From Alphaproteobacteria bacterium (GTDB taxonomy: Bacteria > Pseudomonadota > Alphaproteobacteria > CAAHEQ01 > UBA3637), in the NCBI GenBank assembly GCA_017960645.1, contig JAGCYU010000001.1, positions 10,006 to 74,005 on the forward strand: a stretch of DNA of 64,000 nt, given 5' to 3'. A program made the translations under genes and the position numbers. Of the stretch, positions 38,030 through 47,432 are shown in pieces. The notes under the pieces were generated by a model that saw only the letters and a list, made by a program, of their open reading frames with translations, had not been told where the DNA came from and did no database searches. Within the stretch, counting starts at the first letter, position 1, and each line of letters starts with the position of its first letter.

Positions 38030-39988
38030 CTATTTTATCATCTTTTTTGAAATTTTTACTATATTTTCAACAGTTAGTCCAAAATCAGCAAACACTTCTT
38101 TTGCCGGGCCGCTTTTACCAAAAGTATCTATAGATAAAATTGCATCTTGTTCCCGTTTAAATGGATACCATGAAAAAGCGCTTCCAGCATCTACGAATAA
38201 CCGCGGAACAGTCCCCAAAACCTTATTTTGTTCTTTTTCGGGTTGATCCATAAACAATTTATAACAAGGCATAGAGACAACCGCGACATCGATCCCCTGC
38301 TCACTTAAAAAGTCAGCCGCCTTAACCGCCAAAGAAACTTCGGATCCGCTGGCAACCAAAGTTAATTTCCGTTTTTTAAGAGGCGTTCTGAGTAAATATC
38401 CGCCCTGATGGACTAAATTTACCCGAATATCACGCCGCAACGTTGGCAAGTTCTGACGCGACAGAACAAGCGCGCACGGTTTATTAAGACGCAAAGCCTC
38501 TTCATAACTCTCTGCAACCTCAACAGCATCTGCCGGTCTGAATAAATACAAGTTTGGAATAGCCTGCAACGCCACCATTTGCTCTATGGGCTGATGAGTC
38601 GGGCCATCCTCGCCCACCCCAATAGAATCATGCGTAAAAATCCATAATGTTTTTGCTTGCATAAAGGCACCTAAACGCACCGTCGGTCGCATATAATCGG
38701 AAAACACAAAAAATGTGCTGGCATAGGGCATCAAACCGCCGTGAACGGCCATACCATTTGTAATCGCCCCCATCGCATGTTCCCGAATGCCGAAATTGAT
38801 ATAATTTCCTGAAAAATCATTAGGTTGTATTGATTTTGAGTTTTCTGTTTTTGTTAAATTAGAAGCTGCTAAATCTGCCGAACCACCAACCATATTTGGG
38901 ATAGCCTTTAGTAATTCGTTTAACACGAGCTGGGATGACTTGCGACTGGCTAAATCTGGTTTTGCTTGTAAAAATTTTTGTTTTATTGTTTTTAATATCC
39001 CTGCCAAATCCGGCAACTCACCACGGATTTCCTTTTTAAACTGTTCCTCCGCTGGGTGATTATTGACGCGCATCGTCCATTTTTCGCGCTCAACAGCCCC
39101 TCGCCGGCCAACTTGATGTGTCCAATTTAAAAAATCTATCGGCACTTCAAAAGCAGGATATGCCCAGTTTAATTTTTTCTTCAAGCCTGCTAGTTCCTCA
39201 GCCCCTAAAGGACTACCATGTACCTTTGGTGAGCCTGATTTAGTTGGCGCTCCATAGCCGATGATCGTTTTACAATCAATTAACGTTGGCGATTTTGCCT
39301 TTTGAGCTTTTTTTAACGCTTTTTGGATTGATTTTTGATTCAAGCCATTACAGGTCAACACCTGCCATCCACTGGCTTTAAATCGCATAGGGATATTGGT
39401 TTTGGTGGCTATCTCTGTTTTGCCATCAATTGTGATATGATTATCATCCCACAAAACAATCAGCTTATTTAAATTCCACAAGCCAGCCAACTCTATTGCT
39501 TCTTCGGAAATACCCTCCATTAAACACCCATCTCCAACGAAGCAATATGTTTTATGGTTGACCAAATCATCCCCCCATCGTGCAGCCAACATTTTTTCCG
39601 CCAAAGCCATACCTACAGCAGCCGCTATCCCCTGCCCCAAAGGCCCTGTGGAAAAATCAACGCCTGGCGTGGTAATTTCCGGGTGACCAGAAGTAAAACT
39701 GTCCAGCTGTCTGAAAGACTGTAGCTGAGCAACACTCATTTTATCAAACCCCATCAAATACAATAAACTATATACCAACGCAGAGGCATGACCATTGGAA
39801 AATATAACCCGATCCCGATCAAACCAATTTGCATCATCCGCATCAAACTTTAAAAATTGCCCATATAAAACCGCCGCCATGTCGGCCATTCCCAAAGCAG
39901 CCCCTGGATGACCTGAGTTTGCTTTTTCTATTGTATCGGCCGCCAATACCCGCAAAGTTGTGGCCATCATAGGCAAATCATACTTCAT
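38030..39988 (-). CDS. tkt: transketolase
   Basis: 652 aa; GHPG thiamine-diphosphate motif and TK C-terminal domain. Confidence 0.95.
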   Translation of the reverse strand: MKYDLPMMATTLRVLAADTIEKANSGHPGAALGMADMAAVLYGQFLKFDADDANWFDRDRVIFSNGHASALVYSLLYLMGFDKMSVAQLQSFRQLDSFTSGHPEITTPGVDFSTGPLGQGIAAAVGMALAEKMLAARWGDDLVNHKTYCFVGDGCLMEGISEEAIELAGLWNLNKLIVLWDDNHITIDGKTEIATKTNIPMRFKASGWQVLTCNGLNQKSIQKALKKAQKAKSPTLIDCKTIIGYGAPTKSGSPKVHGSPLGAEELAGLKKKLNWAYPAFEVPIDFLNWTHQVGRRGAVEREKWTMRVNNHPAEEQFKKEIRGELPDLAGILKTIKQKFLQAKPDLASRKSSQLVLNELLKAIPNMVGGSADLAASNLTKTENSKSIQPNDFSGNYINFGIREHAMGAITNGMAVHGGLMPYASTFFVFSDYMRPTVRLGAFMQAKTLWIFTHDSIGVGEDGPTHQPIEQMVALQAIPNLYLFRPADAVEVAESYEEALRLNKPCALVLSRQNLPTLRRDIRVNLVHQGGYLLRTPLKKRKLTLVASGSEVSLAVKAADFLSEQGIDVAVVSMPCYKLFMDQPEKEQNKVLGTVPRLFVDAGSAFSWYPFKREQDAILSIDTFGKSGPAKEVFADFGLTVENIVKISKKMIK

Positions 39989-40538
39989 TGTTGTCTCCTT
40001 GCTGTAAAAATAAAAATAAATTACGCCCTGCTTTTCGTTCTTTCGTCACACAAAAACCAACGGGAACAGGTTCCGGTTTTTGTCCGTCTGTTTCAATAAT
40101 AATCAAGGTCTTATCATCTATCCAACCTGTTTGTGCAAAAGCTTTCAATGCCAAAGCCCATAAGCCCTTACCGTACGGCGCATCCATAAAAATAATACGC
40201 ATTGGCTTGCCTTGGGGCGGATTCAAGGCATCCATCGCTGTAACCGCTTTTAATCCGACAGCATGTAAATTTTGGTTCAAAATCTGCAAAGCGGCCTTAT
40301 CTTTTTCAATAAAAACAAGCGCTTTCACGCCTCTTGACCAGGCTTCAATACCGATAGCACCAGAGCCCGCAAAAACATCTGCAAAAGATATTTGCGCCCA
40401 TCCCAACCCTTCATTTAAACGCCAAGATTCCAACATATTAAATAAAGTTTCTTTAGCTCGATCCATTGTGGGTTGAGTTTTTTCAGTTGTAGGAGAAAGT
40501 AATTTTTTACCTCTAGCTAAGCCGGAAATAACACGCAT
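39978..40538 (-). CDS. rsmD: 16S rRNA (guanine966-N2)-methyltransferase
   Basis: MRVISGxxRGxxL N-terminus; DAPY-like FMDAPYGKG motif. Confidence 0.8.
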   Translation of the reverse strand: MRVISGLARGKKLLSPTTEKTQPTMDRAKETLFNMLESWRLNEGLGWAQISFADVFAGSGAIGIEAWSRGVKALVFIEKDKAALQILNQNLHAVGLKAVTAMDALNPPQGKPMRIIFMDAPYGKGLWALALKAFAQTGWIDDKTLIIIETDGQKPEPVPVGFCVTKERKAGRNLFLFLQQGDNNEV

Positions 40539-41224
40539 GGCACCTCCTTAACTTTTCCTTTAGGTAAATCACCCAGTTCATAAGGACCGTAACTAATCCG
40601 GATTAAGCGCGACACCTCAAGCCCAAAAAATTTCATCATTCGTCTGATTTCTCTATTTTTTCCTTCTTTCAAAGTCATAATTAACCATGTATTGGTACCG
40701 CTGTGTTTTTCCAATTGGATACCACATGGAGCATAAGCTACCCCTTCAATTTTTATTCCCTTAGATAAACGCCCAACCATTTCCTTTGTCACAGCCCCAT
40801 GCACCCGAACACGATAAGTTCTCTTAAGACCTGTACTGGGCAATTCCATGAATCGGGCCAAAGCGCCATCATTTGTTAAAACAAGTAAGCCTTCCGAATT
40901 TAAATCTAATCGCCCCACCGATATAACTCGTCCCAAAGACTTGGGTAAAGCATCAAAAACTGTTGGACGGCCTTGCGGATCCTGATAAGTTGTAACCAAT
41001 CCTGCGGGTTTATTATAAAGCCAAACGCGTGTTTTTTGTTTTGTTTTCAATGGATTACCATCAACCAAAACTGCATCCTCATCCCCAACTAAACAAGCTG
41101 GAGTGGTCAAAGTCCCTCCATTCACTTGAACACGGCCAGCCACAATCCAACGTTCAGCTTCACGGCGGGAACACAACCCTGCATCCGCCATTTTTTTTGC
41201 AATCCGTTCTTTCTTTTCTGTCAT
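40517..41224 (-). CDS. pseudouridine synthase (RsuA/RluB family) with S4 domain
   Basis: S4 domain N-terminus; GRLDLNSEGLLVLTNDG catalytic motif. Confidence 0.8.
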   Translation of the reverse strand: MTEKKERIAKKMADAGLCSRREAERWIVAGRVQVNGGTLTTPACLVGDEDAVLVDGNPLKTKQKTRVWLYNKPAGLVTTYQDPQGRPTVFDALPKSLGRVISVGRLDLNSEGLLVLTNDGALARFMELPSTGLKRTYRVRVHGAVTKEMVGRLSKGIKIEGVAYAPCGIQLEKHSGTNTWLIMTLKEGKNREIRRMMKFFGLEVSRLIRISYGPYELGDLPKGKVKEVPCVLFPA

Positions 41225-41244
41225 ATTTATGATAATATAGAAGA

Positions 41245-41706
41245 ATGGAACAAAAAGAAAGAGAAAAAATTATAAGGCTGGCCTTACATCAAGCACAACA
41301 AGCATTTCTACAACAAGAAATCCCCGTGGGTGCGGTTATTTTTCATTCAAAAACAGGGCAAATTATTGCCAAAGCTCATAATAAATCAGAACAAAAAAAA
41401 TCGCCTTTAAACCATGCAGAAATGATTGTTATATCGCAGGCTCTTAAAAAAATTCAGGATAAGTTTTTAACGGGCTATTCCATGTTTGTCACGTTGGAAC
41501 CTTGTGCTATGTGTGCCGGTGCTATTGCTTGGGCCCGATTGGATGCGCTTTATTATGGTGCCAGCGATCCTAAAACTGGGGCTGTAGAGCAGGGGGCTCA
41601 AGTGTTTTCTCATCCACAAACTCACCATAAGATCAAAGTAGAAAAGTGGCATATTCCGGAATGCGGCCAAATTATGACGGATTTTTTTAAAGGGAAAAGA
41701 AAATGA
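41245..41706 (+). CDS. tadA: tRNA-specific adenosine deaminase
   Basis: HAEMIVI...PCAMCAGAI CDA zinc-binding motifs. Confidence 0.85.
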   Translation: MEQKEREKIIRLALHQAQQAFLQQEIPVGAVIFHSKTGQIIAKAHNKSEQKKSPLNHAEMIVISQALKKIQDKFLTGYSMFVTLEPCAMCAGAIAWARLDALYYGASDPKTGAVEQGAQVFSHPQTHHKIKVEKWHIPECGQIMTDFFKGKRK

Positions 41707-42968
41707 CTGAACAACCCGTTTTATCTGTCACTGAAATTTCCTTATCTTTAAAGGCTTGTGTGGAACAAGTTTTTGGCAACATTCGTGTACGAGGAGAGGT
41801 TTCTGATGTCAAACGCGCAACATCCGGCCATATTTATTTTTCTCTTAAAGATAAAGATTCTGTATTATCGGCTATTTGTTGGCGAGGAAAACCTAATTCA
41901 ACAACGTCTGCTATTCAAGAAGGATTGGAAATCATCTGCAGTGGAAAATTATCCACTTACCCAGGGCGTTCAAACTATCAAATGATTATAGAAACAGCCG
42001 AACCGGCCGGGATTGGTGCTTTGCTCAAGCTTTTACAAGAAAGAAAAGAACGTCTTGAAAAACAAGGATTTTTTGATCCTGCTCACAAAAAAGCTATTCC
42101 ATTTTTACCCAACGTGATTGGCGTAATTACCAGCCCGACAGGTGCCGTCATCCGCGATATTATTCATCGTATCAGCGATCGTTTTCCCAGGCGTATCATT
42201 TTGTGGCCAGTTGCTGTTCAAGGGGAAGGGGCTGCCGAACAAATTGCTGCCGCCATCAAAGGCTTTAATGAATTACCAGCCTCTGGGAAAATTCCCAAAC
42301 CAGATGTGTTAATTGTGGCACGGGGAGGGGGATCCATAGAAGATTTATGGTGCTTTAATGAAGAATGTGTTGTTAAAGCAACTTATGAATCTGAAATTCC
42401 AATTATCTCAGCCGTTGGCCATGAAACAGACACGACTCTGATTGATTATGCGTCCGATTTACGGGCACCCACCCCAACAGGTGCGGCAGAAAAAGCTGTT
42501 CCAGTTCGTTTAGAATTAAATAACTTATTGATTGAAAAAGAAAATTTATTAAAAACAACCCTGATTCGAAATCTCACCGAAAAAAGGTTGCGCTTAAGCT
42601 CAATTACTCAAGCTTTTCCTAATTTAAATGAAATAATTCAATATATTATTCAAAAATTGGATGATAAAACGGATCGATTGCAATACGCTTTTCAAAATCT
42701 TTTAAAACATCGTTCGGAATCTTTGAAAAACTTGGATCGGTTACTTGAGTCTTACTCGTATCATTCTATTTTGAAACGGGGTTTTGCATTGGTGACACAA
42801 CAAAATCAGGTGCTAACCTCGGCTATTCAAGCACAAAAATATCCTCGTTTAACCCTTTCTTTCTTTGATGGAAAGATTGATGTTAATACATTGAAAACAA
42901 ATAAAAAATCAAACACAGAAATCCAAAATGAACAGTTTGATTTATGGAAAAATCCATCAGATAAGTAA
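41703..42968 (+). CDS. xseA: exodeoxyribonuclease VII large subunit
   Basis: OB-fold N-terminus (VRGEVSD...GHIYFSLKD) and catalytic domain. Confidence 0.85.
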   Translation: MTEQPVLSVTEISLSLKACVEQVFGNIRVRGEVSDVKRATSGHIYFSLKDKDSVLSAICWRGKPNSTTSAIQEGLEIICSGKLSTYPGRSNYQMIIETAEPAGIGALLKLLQERKERLEKQGFFDPAHKKAIPFLPNVIGVITSPTGAVIRDIIHRISDRFPRRIILWPVAVQGEGAAEQIAAAIKGFNELPASGKIPKPDVLIVARGGGSIEDLWCFNEECVVKATYESEIPIISAVGHETDTTLIDYASDLRAPTPTGAAEKAVPVRLELNNLLIEKENLLKTTLIRNLTEKRLRLSSITQAFPNLNEIIQYIIQKLDDKTDRLQYAFQNLLKHRSESLKNLDRLLESYSYHSILKRGFALVTQQNQVLTSAIQAQKYPRLTLSFFDGKIDVNTLKTNKKSNTEIQNEQFDLWKNPSDK

Positions 42969-43044
42969 TTACACTGTAAATACGTATTTTTCTTATAAAG
43001 AATTACATAGTAATTACATTTTTACTATTTTCTTCATTTTTAAC

Positions 43045-43073
43045 TTGACATTTTCTATTTTTTGACTTATAAT
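43045..43073 (+). promoter_or_regulatory. sigma70-like promoter of greA
   Basis: TTGACA (43045-43050), 17-nt spacer, TATAAT (43068-43073). Confidence 0.55.
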
Positions 43074-43150
43074 GTTGTCAATTGATGAACAGCGGATTTA
43101 TTATCCGCGGTTTATTTTTTACTGTCAACAAAAATTTTAAAGGAGGTTCT

Positions 43151-43627
43151 ATGGAAGAAAAAGTACCTATGACGACAAAAGGCTATGCCGATTTAAATGA
43201 AGAATTAAAAAAATTAAAATATGAGGATCGTCCAAATATTGTTGCCGCCATTGAAGAAGCTCGCGCACACGGCGATTTATCAGAAAATGCTGAATATCAT
43301 TCCGCACGAGAACAACAATCATTTATTGAAGGTCGTATCCAAGAATTAGAAGGAGCTTTATCACACGCCCAAGTGGTTGATGTAGCTACATTATCTGGAG
43401 ATAAGATTTTATTTGGCGCTACTGTTGATGTGGAAGATTGTGATAATTCTCAAAAAAACACCTATCAAATCGTCGGGCAATATGAAGCCAATTTAGAAAA
43501 AGGATTGATTTCTTTTATTTCCCCTCTTGCAAAAGCGCTGATTGGTAAACAATTAGGTGATATAGTGGAAGTCAAAACACCAAAAGGTGACAAAGCATAT
43601 GAGGTTTTAGCTGTGCGTTATGTCTAA
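43151..43627 (+). CDS. greA: transcription elongation factor GreA
   Basis: Start at [12 protein letters not shown] with AGGAGG RBS; conserved GreA coiled-coil and FKBP-like domains. Confidence 0.9.
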   Translation: MEEKVPMTTKGYADLNEELKKLKYEDRPNIVAAIEEARAHGDLSENAEYHSAREQQSFIEGRIQELEGALSHAQVVDVATLSGDKILFGATVDVEDCDNSQKNTYQIVGQYEANLEKGLISFISPLAKALIGKQLGDIVEVKTPKGDKAYEVLAVRYV

Positions 43628-43645
43628 ACCTCAAAAAGGAGGTTT

Positions 43646-44560
43646 ATGAATACGCCAGATGTATTGATTATCGGTTCAGGACCAGCCGGTTTAACTGCAG
43701 GATTGTATGCAGGCCGCGCTGGTTTTTCTGTTTCATTACTTACAGGTCCGGAGAAAGGAGGAAAACTCTCTTTAACAGATAAAATAGAAAATTTTCCTTG
43801 TTTTTCAACTGGTTCTGGAATTGAATTTATCACAAAATTGGAACAACAAGCAAAAGAAGTTGGCGTTTCCTTTTTCAATGAAAATGTACAGCAAGTTGCT
43901 TTATTACACCCCCCTTTTAAAATTATAACAGAAGTTCAAACCTGGCAACCAAAGTCTGTCATTATAGCCATGGGCACACAAGTCAAATGGCTGAATTTGC
44001 CTCAAGAAGAAATGTATAAGGGAAAAGGGATATCCGTCTGCGCCACATGTGACGGATTCTTTTATAAAAATAAAAATGTGGCGGTTATTGGAGGAGGAAA
44101 TACTGCTTTATATGAATCCCTGTACTTAACAAATATAGCAAAAAATGTTTATCTTTTAACACAAAACAAACAGTTGCAGGGTGAATTTTTATTACGGCAA
44201 AAAGTCTTGTCTTTAGCCAATATACTTATTTATTATAATACGGATGTTTTAGGTTTTGTTGGGAACGAAAAATTAACTGGCCTTAAAATCAAAAATAAAG
44301 CCGATACAGAAGAAAAAATTCTATCGGTTGAGGGTTGCTTTGAAGCGGTTGGATTCGTTCCTAATACACGCTTATTTCAAAACCAATTGTTGGTTGATAA
44401 AAATGGTTATATCAAAACAAATAAACAAACAATGCAAACAAGCATCAAAGGCATTTATGCTTGTGGAGATATTCAAGAAACCGGCTATAGCCAAGCACTT
44501 ATTGCATCGGCCTCTGGCGCAAGAGCCGCAATGAGTTTGGAGAACTATTTAAAAGCCTAA
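43646..44560 (+). CDS. trxB: thioredoxin-disulfide reductase
   Basis: GSGPAG FAD motif, CATCDG redox-active site, GGGNTA NADPH motif. Confidence 0.9.
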   Translation: MNTPDVLIIGSGPAGLTAGLYAGRAGFSVSLLTGPEKGGKLSLTDKIENFPCFSTGSGIEFITKLEQQAKEVGVSFFNENVQQVALLHPPFKIITEVQTWQPKSVIIAMGTQVKWLNLPQEEMYKGKGISVCATCDGFFYKNKNVAVIGGGNTALYESLYLTNIAKNVYLLTQNKQLQGEFLLRQKVLSLANILIYYNTDVLGFVGNEKLTGLKIKNKADTEEKILSVEGCFEAVGFVPNTRLFQNQLLVDKNGYIKTNKQTMQTSIKGIYACGDIQETGYSQALIASASGARAAMSLENYLKA

Positions 44561-44845
44561 AGTTATCCAAAATTTTTACAATAAAAAATATAATATAAAT
44601 AAAATTAGTAGTATTAGTCCTGGGGAATTTGTGGATTCTTTTTTGAAATTTTTTCTTGACACATTTTTCTTTTTGAAACGACTCGTTAAAATTACTCAAA
44701 ATAGGGGATAAAAATTCCTTTAAAATAATTTTTTTTGTATCAAATTGGCCTGTGAATTTTTTTTGATAAGTCCTGTCAAAACAGGTGAACTTTTTGAAAA
44801 GTTTGACAGAAATTTTAGTTATCCACAATACGCAAAAGTTATCCC
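44561..44845. promoter_or_regulatory. AT-rich region with DnaA-box-like motifs; candidate oriC or DnaA-regulated control region
   Basis: AGTTATCCAAA (44561-44571, 8/9 DnaA box), AGTTATCCACA (44817-44827, perfect TTATCCACA), AGTTATCCCT (44838-44847), reverse TGTGGATTC (44630-44638); AT-rich stretch 44581-44617; repeated TTTTTGAAA motifs. Confidence 0.4.
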
Positions 44846-44874
44846 TTGCAAAAGAAAAAATAAATCGATATAAT
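44846..44874 (+). promoter_or_regulatory. sigma70-like promoter of dnaQ
   Basis: TTGCAA (44846-44851), 17-nt spacer, TATAAT (44869-44874). Confidence 0.5.
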
Positions 44875-44881
44875 AGGACGC

Positions 44882-45577
44882 ATGAGAGAGATTGTATTAG
44901 ATACAGAAACTACCGGGTTGGATCCCGTTGCGGGCGATCGAATTGTAGATATCGGATGTGTAGAATTAGTCAATCACATGCCAACAGGGCGCGTTTATCA
45001 ACAATATATTAATCCTGAAAAAAAACAATCGGCTGAAGTGATTGCAGTTCATGGATTGACGGATGAATTTTTGGCGGATAAGCCAACTTTTAAAGAAATC
45101 GCTGATGATTTTTTAAATTTTATCGGTGATGATTCTGTTTTAGTGATTCATAACGCTCCTTTTGATATGAAGTTTTTAAATGCAGAATTATCTTGGTGTG
45201 ATAGACCTTGTATCCCGATGGATCGAGCTTTTGATACATTGTTGATGGCCAGACAAAAATTTCCGGGAAGTCGTGTAAACTTAAACGATTTATGTAAGCG
45301 CTTTGGCGTTGATAATTCGGCCAGAACTGTGCACGGCGCTTTATTAGATAGTCAATTGTTGGCTGAAGTTTATTTGGAAATGCTGGGTGGAAAAGAACCC
45401 AGTTTGGTGCTGAAAACAGATCAACCTATTGAAAAAATAGAGAAAAAAGTTGTTGTTCAAAATGTTTCACGTGAAACATTGACGGCACGGGCATTTGAAA
45501 TAAGCACAGAAGAGCTTGCAGCACATACAGAATTTGTTAAGAATATCAAATCTAATATATGGGGGATTTCGTCATGA
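44882..45577 (+). CDS. dnaQ: DNA polymerase III subunit epsilon (3'-5' proofreading exonuclease)
   Basis: DTETTGL Exo I motif and the following DEDDh motifs. Confidence 0.85.
   Translation: MREIVLDTETTGLDPVAGDRIVDIGCVELVNHMPTGRVYQQYINPEKKQSAEVIAVHGLTDEFLADKPTFKEIADDFLNFIGDDSVLVIHNAPFDMKFLNAELSWCDRPCIPMDRAFDTLLMARQKFPGSRVNLNDLCKRFGVDNSARTVHGALLDSQLLAEVYLEMLGGKEPSLVLKTDQPIEKIEKKVVVQNVSRETLTARAFEISTEELAAHTEFVKNIKSNIWGISS
45461..45480. promoter_or_regulatory. parS: parS centromere-like site, copy 1 (inside the dnaQ 3' end)
   Basis: Perfect 20-bp palindrome AATGTTTCACGTGAAACATT; the core TGTTTCACGTGAAACA is the canonical ParB-binding parS sequence. Confidence 0.85.
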
Positions 45578-46011
45578 GGAATATTTTGTTTTGCTTTATT
45601 TTGATGTGTTCTATCTCAGTCCAAGCTCAATTAATAGAGGTAGGGAGTGCCATAGGAATTGGTACACAAATGGCTAATAATTCTATTAACAAAATAAAAA
45701 AAGCTTTTCACACAGCCGAAGCTCAAGATATCATACAAAAAATAAAGTTGGAAGTTATTCATTTTAAAATGACGGCCCAAAATTATTATAATAAGGCTAA
45801 GGTCGAAGCGCGGAAAATTCCGTTATTAGCTAAATATGAAGGCACAATTGAATCTAGTGCAAAAGAAATTGTCGTCACTTTATTTCATGTAAGGCAATAT
45901 GAATGCGAACAGATGACACAATTAGGTGCTAAACTTATTAACTTAAATAACGGCAAATATGATCCTGTTTATTGTCAATATGATAATATTATGAAATTTA
46001 TTTTTGAGTAA
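45574..46011 (+). CDS. hypothetical secreted protein
   Basis: Start MRNILFCFILMCSISVQAQ (signal peptide) with GGGGGA RBS; ATGA overlap with the dnaQ stop. Confidence 0.4.
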   Translation: MRNILFCFILMCSISVQAQLIEVGSAIGIGTQMANNSINKIKKAFHTAEAQDIIQKIKLEVIHFKMTAQNYYNKAKVEARKIPLLAKYEGTIESSAKEIVVTLFHVRQYECEQMTQLGAKLINLNNGKYDPVYCQYDNIMKFIFE

Positions 46012-46020
46012 TGTTAGAAA

Positions 46021-46040
46021 AATGTTTCACGTGAAACATT
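46021..46040. promoter_or_regulatory. parS: parS centromere-like site, copy 2 (just upstream of rsmG)
   Basis: Identical 20-bp palindrome AATGTTTCACGTGAAACATT. Confidence 0.85.
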
Positions 46041-46054
46041 TTTGGAGAAAAGGG

Positions 46055-46654
46055 ATGCAACAGTTTGATGAAAATCTTATAAAATCAAAACCTTTGTTAT
46101 TGAAATATCAACAGATTTTGTTGGAGTGGCAGAAAAAAGTCAATTTAATTTCTAATTCTACAATCAATGATATCTGGCAACGACATATAATGGATTCTGC
46201 TCAATTATATCCTTTAATTCCGTCTAAGGCAAAAATATTATTGGATGTTGGAAGCGGTGCTGGATTTCCTGGAATAGTTTTAGCAATTTTAAATAAAACA
46301 CTAAATGGGCCTTTAAAACAGGTCTTTTTGGTAGAAAGTGATTTAAAAAAATCGTTGTTTTTACAAGAAGTTAATAGACAATTAGGCTTAAATGTTGAGG
46401 TTTTGCCTAAGCGGATGGAAAGTGTTGATATTGCGCCAGATGTGATTACAGCGAGAGCAGTGGCGGCTGTTCCTGAATTATTGAAATTGGTTGATAAAAA
46501 TGTTTCACGTGAAACATTAATGCTTTTTTTGAAGGGAAAAAATGTAGATAAAGAGTTGCAAAATATTCCAAAATGTTATATGATTCAGAAAAAACAGAGT
46601 TTATTAAGTGCTGATGGATGTGTTTTAATGATACGAAAGGGAAAGCATGGATAA
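46055..46654 (+). CDS. rsmG: 16S rRNA (guanine527-N7)-methyltransferase (GidB)
   Basis: VGSGAGFPG SAM motif; start at MQQFDEN preferred over the listed upstream extension, which would include the parS site. Confidence 0.85.
   Translation: MQQFDENLIKSKPLLLKYQQILLEWQKKVNLISNSTINDIWQRHIMDSAQLYPLIPSKAKILLDVGSGAGFPGIVLAILNKTLNGPLKQVFLVESDLKKSLFLQEVNRQLGLNVEVLPKRMESVDIAPDVITARAVAAVPELLKLVDKNVSRETLMLFLKGKNVDKELQNIPKCYMIQKKQSLLSADGCVLMIRKGKHG
46499..46518. promoter_or_regulatory. parS: parS centromere-like site, copy 3 (inside the rsmG 3' end)
   Basis: Identical 20-bp palindrome AATGTTTCACGTGAAACATT. Confidence 0.85.
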
Positions 46655-47432
46655 ACGGCCGACAATTTTTGCTATTTCAAACCAAAAGGGTGGGGTTGGA
46701 AAAACAACGACAACTGTTAATTTGGCTACAGCATTGGCGGCTTTGCAAAAAAAAGTTTTGATTATTGACTTGGATCCTCAAGGAAATGCAACGGTTAGTT
46801 TTGGCCTGCAACGCATGATTGCCGGAAAAAGTTCTTATACTGTTTTGATGGGAAAATATCTGTTGAAAGATAGTTTTGTACCGACGCAGATCCCATATTT
46901 ATATGTATTGCCTGCCAGTCAGGAATTGTTAGGGGTGGATCTGGAGTTGTCTGGTGCAGAACGATCACAGTTTTTTTTGAAAAGTGCTATTGAGACGCTG
47001 ACTGACTTTGACTATATATTTATCGATTGTCCTCCGGCAGTAGGGATGTTAACGATGAACGCGTTGGTGGCTGCAACAGATATTATCATTCCTATTCAGT
47101 GTGAATATTTAGCATTAGAAGGTGTAGCTGATTTGTTAAAAACCATTGAAAAAGTTAGAAAAAATTTTAATCCATTTTTAAAAATAAAAGGAATTGTTTT
47201 AACGATGTTTGATGGTCGGTCAAACCTTTCAAAATCGGTGGTTCAAGATGTGCGTTCCTATTTCGGATCGTTAGCTTTTGAGACGATTATTCCAAGAAAT
47301 GTGCGAATTCCGGAAGCTCCGTCTCATGGCAAGCCTGTCATGTTATATGATTTTAAAAGTGTTGGGGCACAAAGTTATTTGCAGTTAGCAAAAGAAGTTT
47401 TAGACAGAGAAAAGGAGAATATCAATGGATAA
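46647..47432 (+). CDS. parA: chromosome partitioning ATPase ParA
   Basis: Deviant Walker A KGGVGKTT. Confidence 0.9.
   Translation: MDKRPTIFAISNQKGGVGKTTTTVNLATALAALQKKVLIIDLDPQGNATVSFGLQRMIAGKSSYTVLMGKYLLKDSFVPTQIPYLYVLPASQELLGVDLELSGAERSQFFLKSAIETLTDFDYIFIDCPPAVGMLTMNALVAATDIIIPIQCEYLALEGVADLLKTIEKVRKNFNPFLKIKGIVLTMFDGRSNLSKSVVQDVRSYFGSLAFETIIPRNVRIPEAPSHGKPVMLYDFKSVGAQSYLQLAKEVLDREKENING

Noticed and set aside
39988-40476. 162-aa ORF antisense to rsmD
   Set aside because: rsmD has clear methyltransferase motifs on the minus strand; the plus-strand ORF is low-complexity.
41225-41244. Strand-switch point (minus-strand gene block to plus-strand block) as a possible origin
   Set aside because: Only 20 bp of intergenic sequence with no DnaA boxes or AT-rich unwinding element; the trxB-dnaQ spacer is a better candidate.
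43082-43150. N-terminal extension of the greA ORF
   Set aside because: An AGGAGG RBS sits immediately before the internal ATG at 43151, which gives the canonical GreA start. The extension would cover the mapped promoter.
46004-46054. Upstream extension of rsmG (MSNVRKMFHVKHFWRKG...)
   Set aside because: It would translate the intergenic parS palindrome and lacks an RBS. The ATG at 46055 has a GGAGAAAAGGG RBS and gives a normal RsmG N-terminus.
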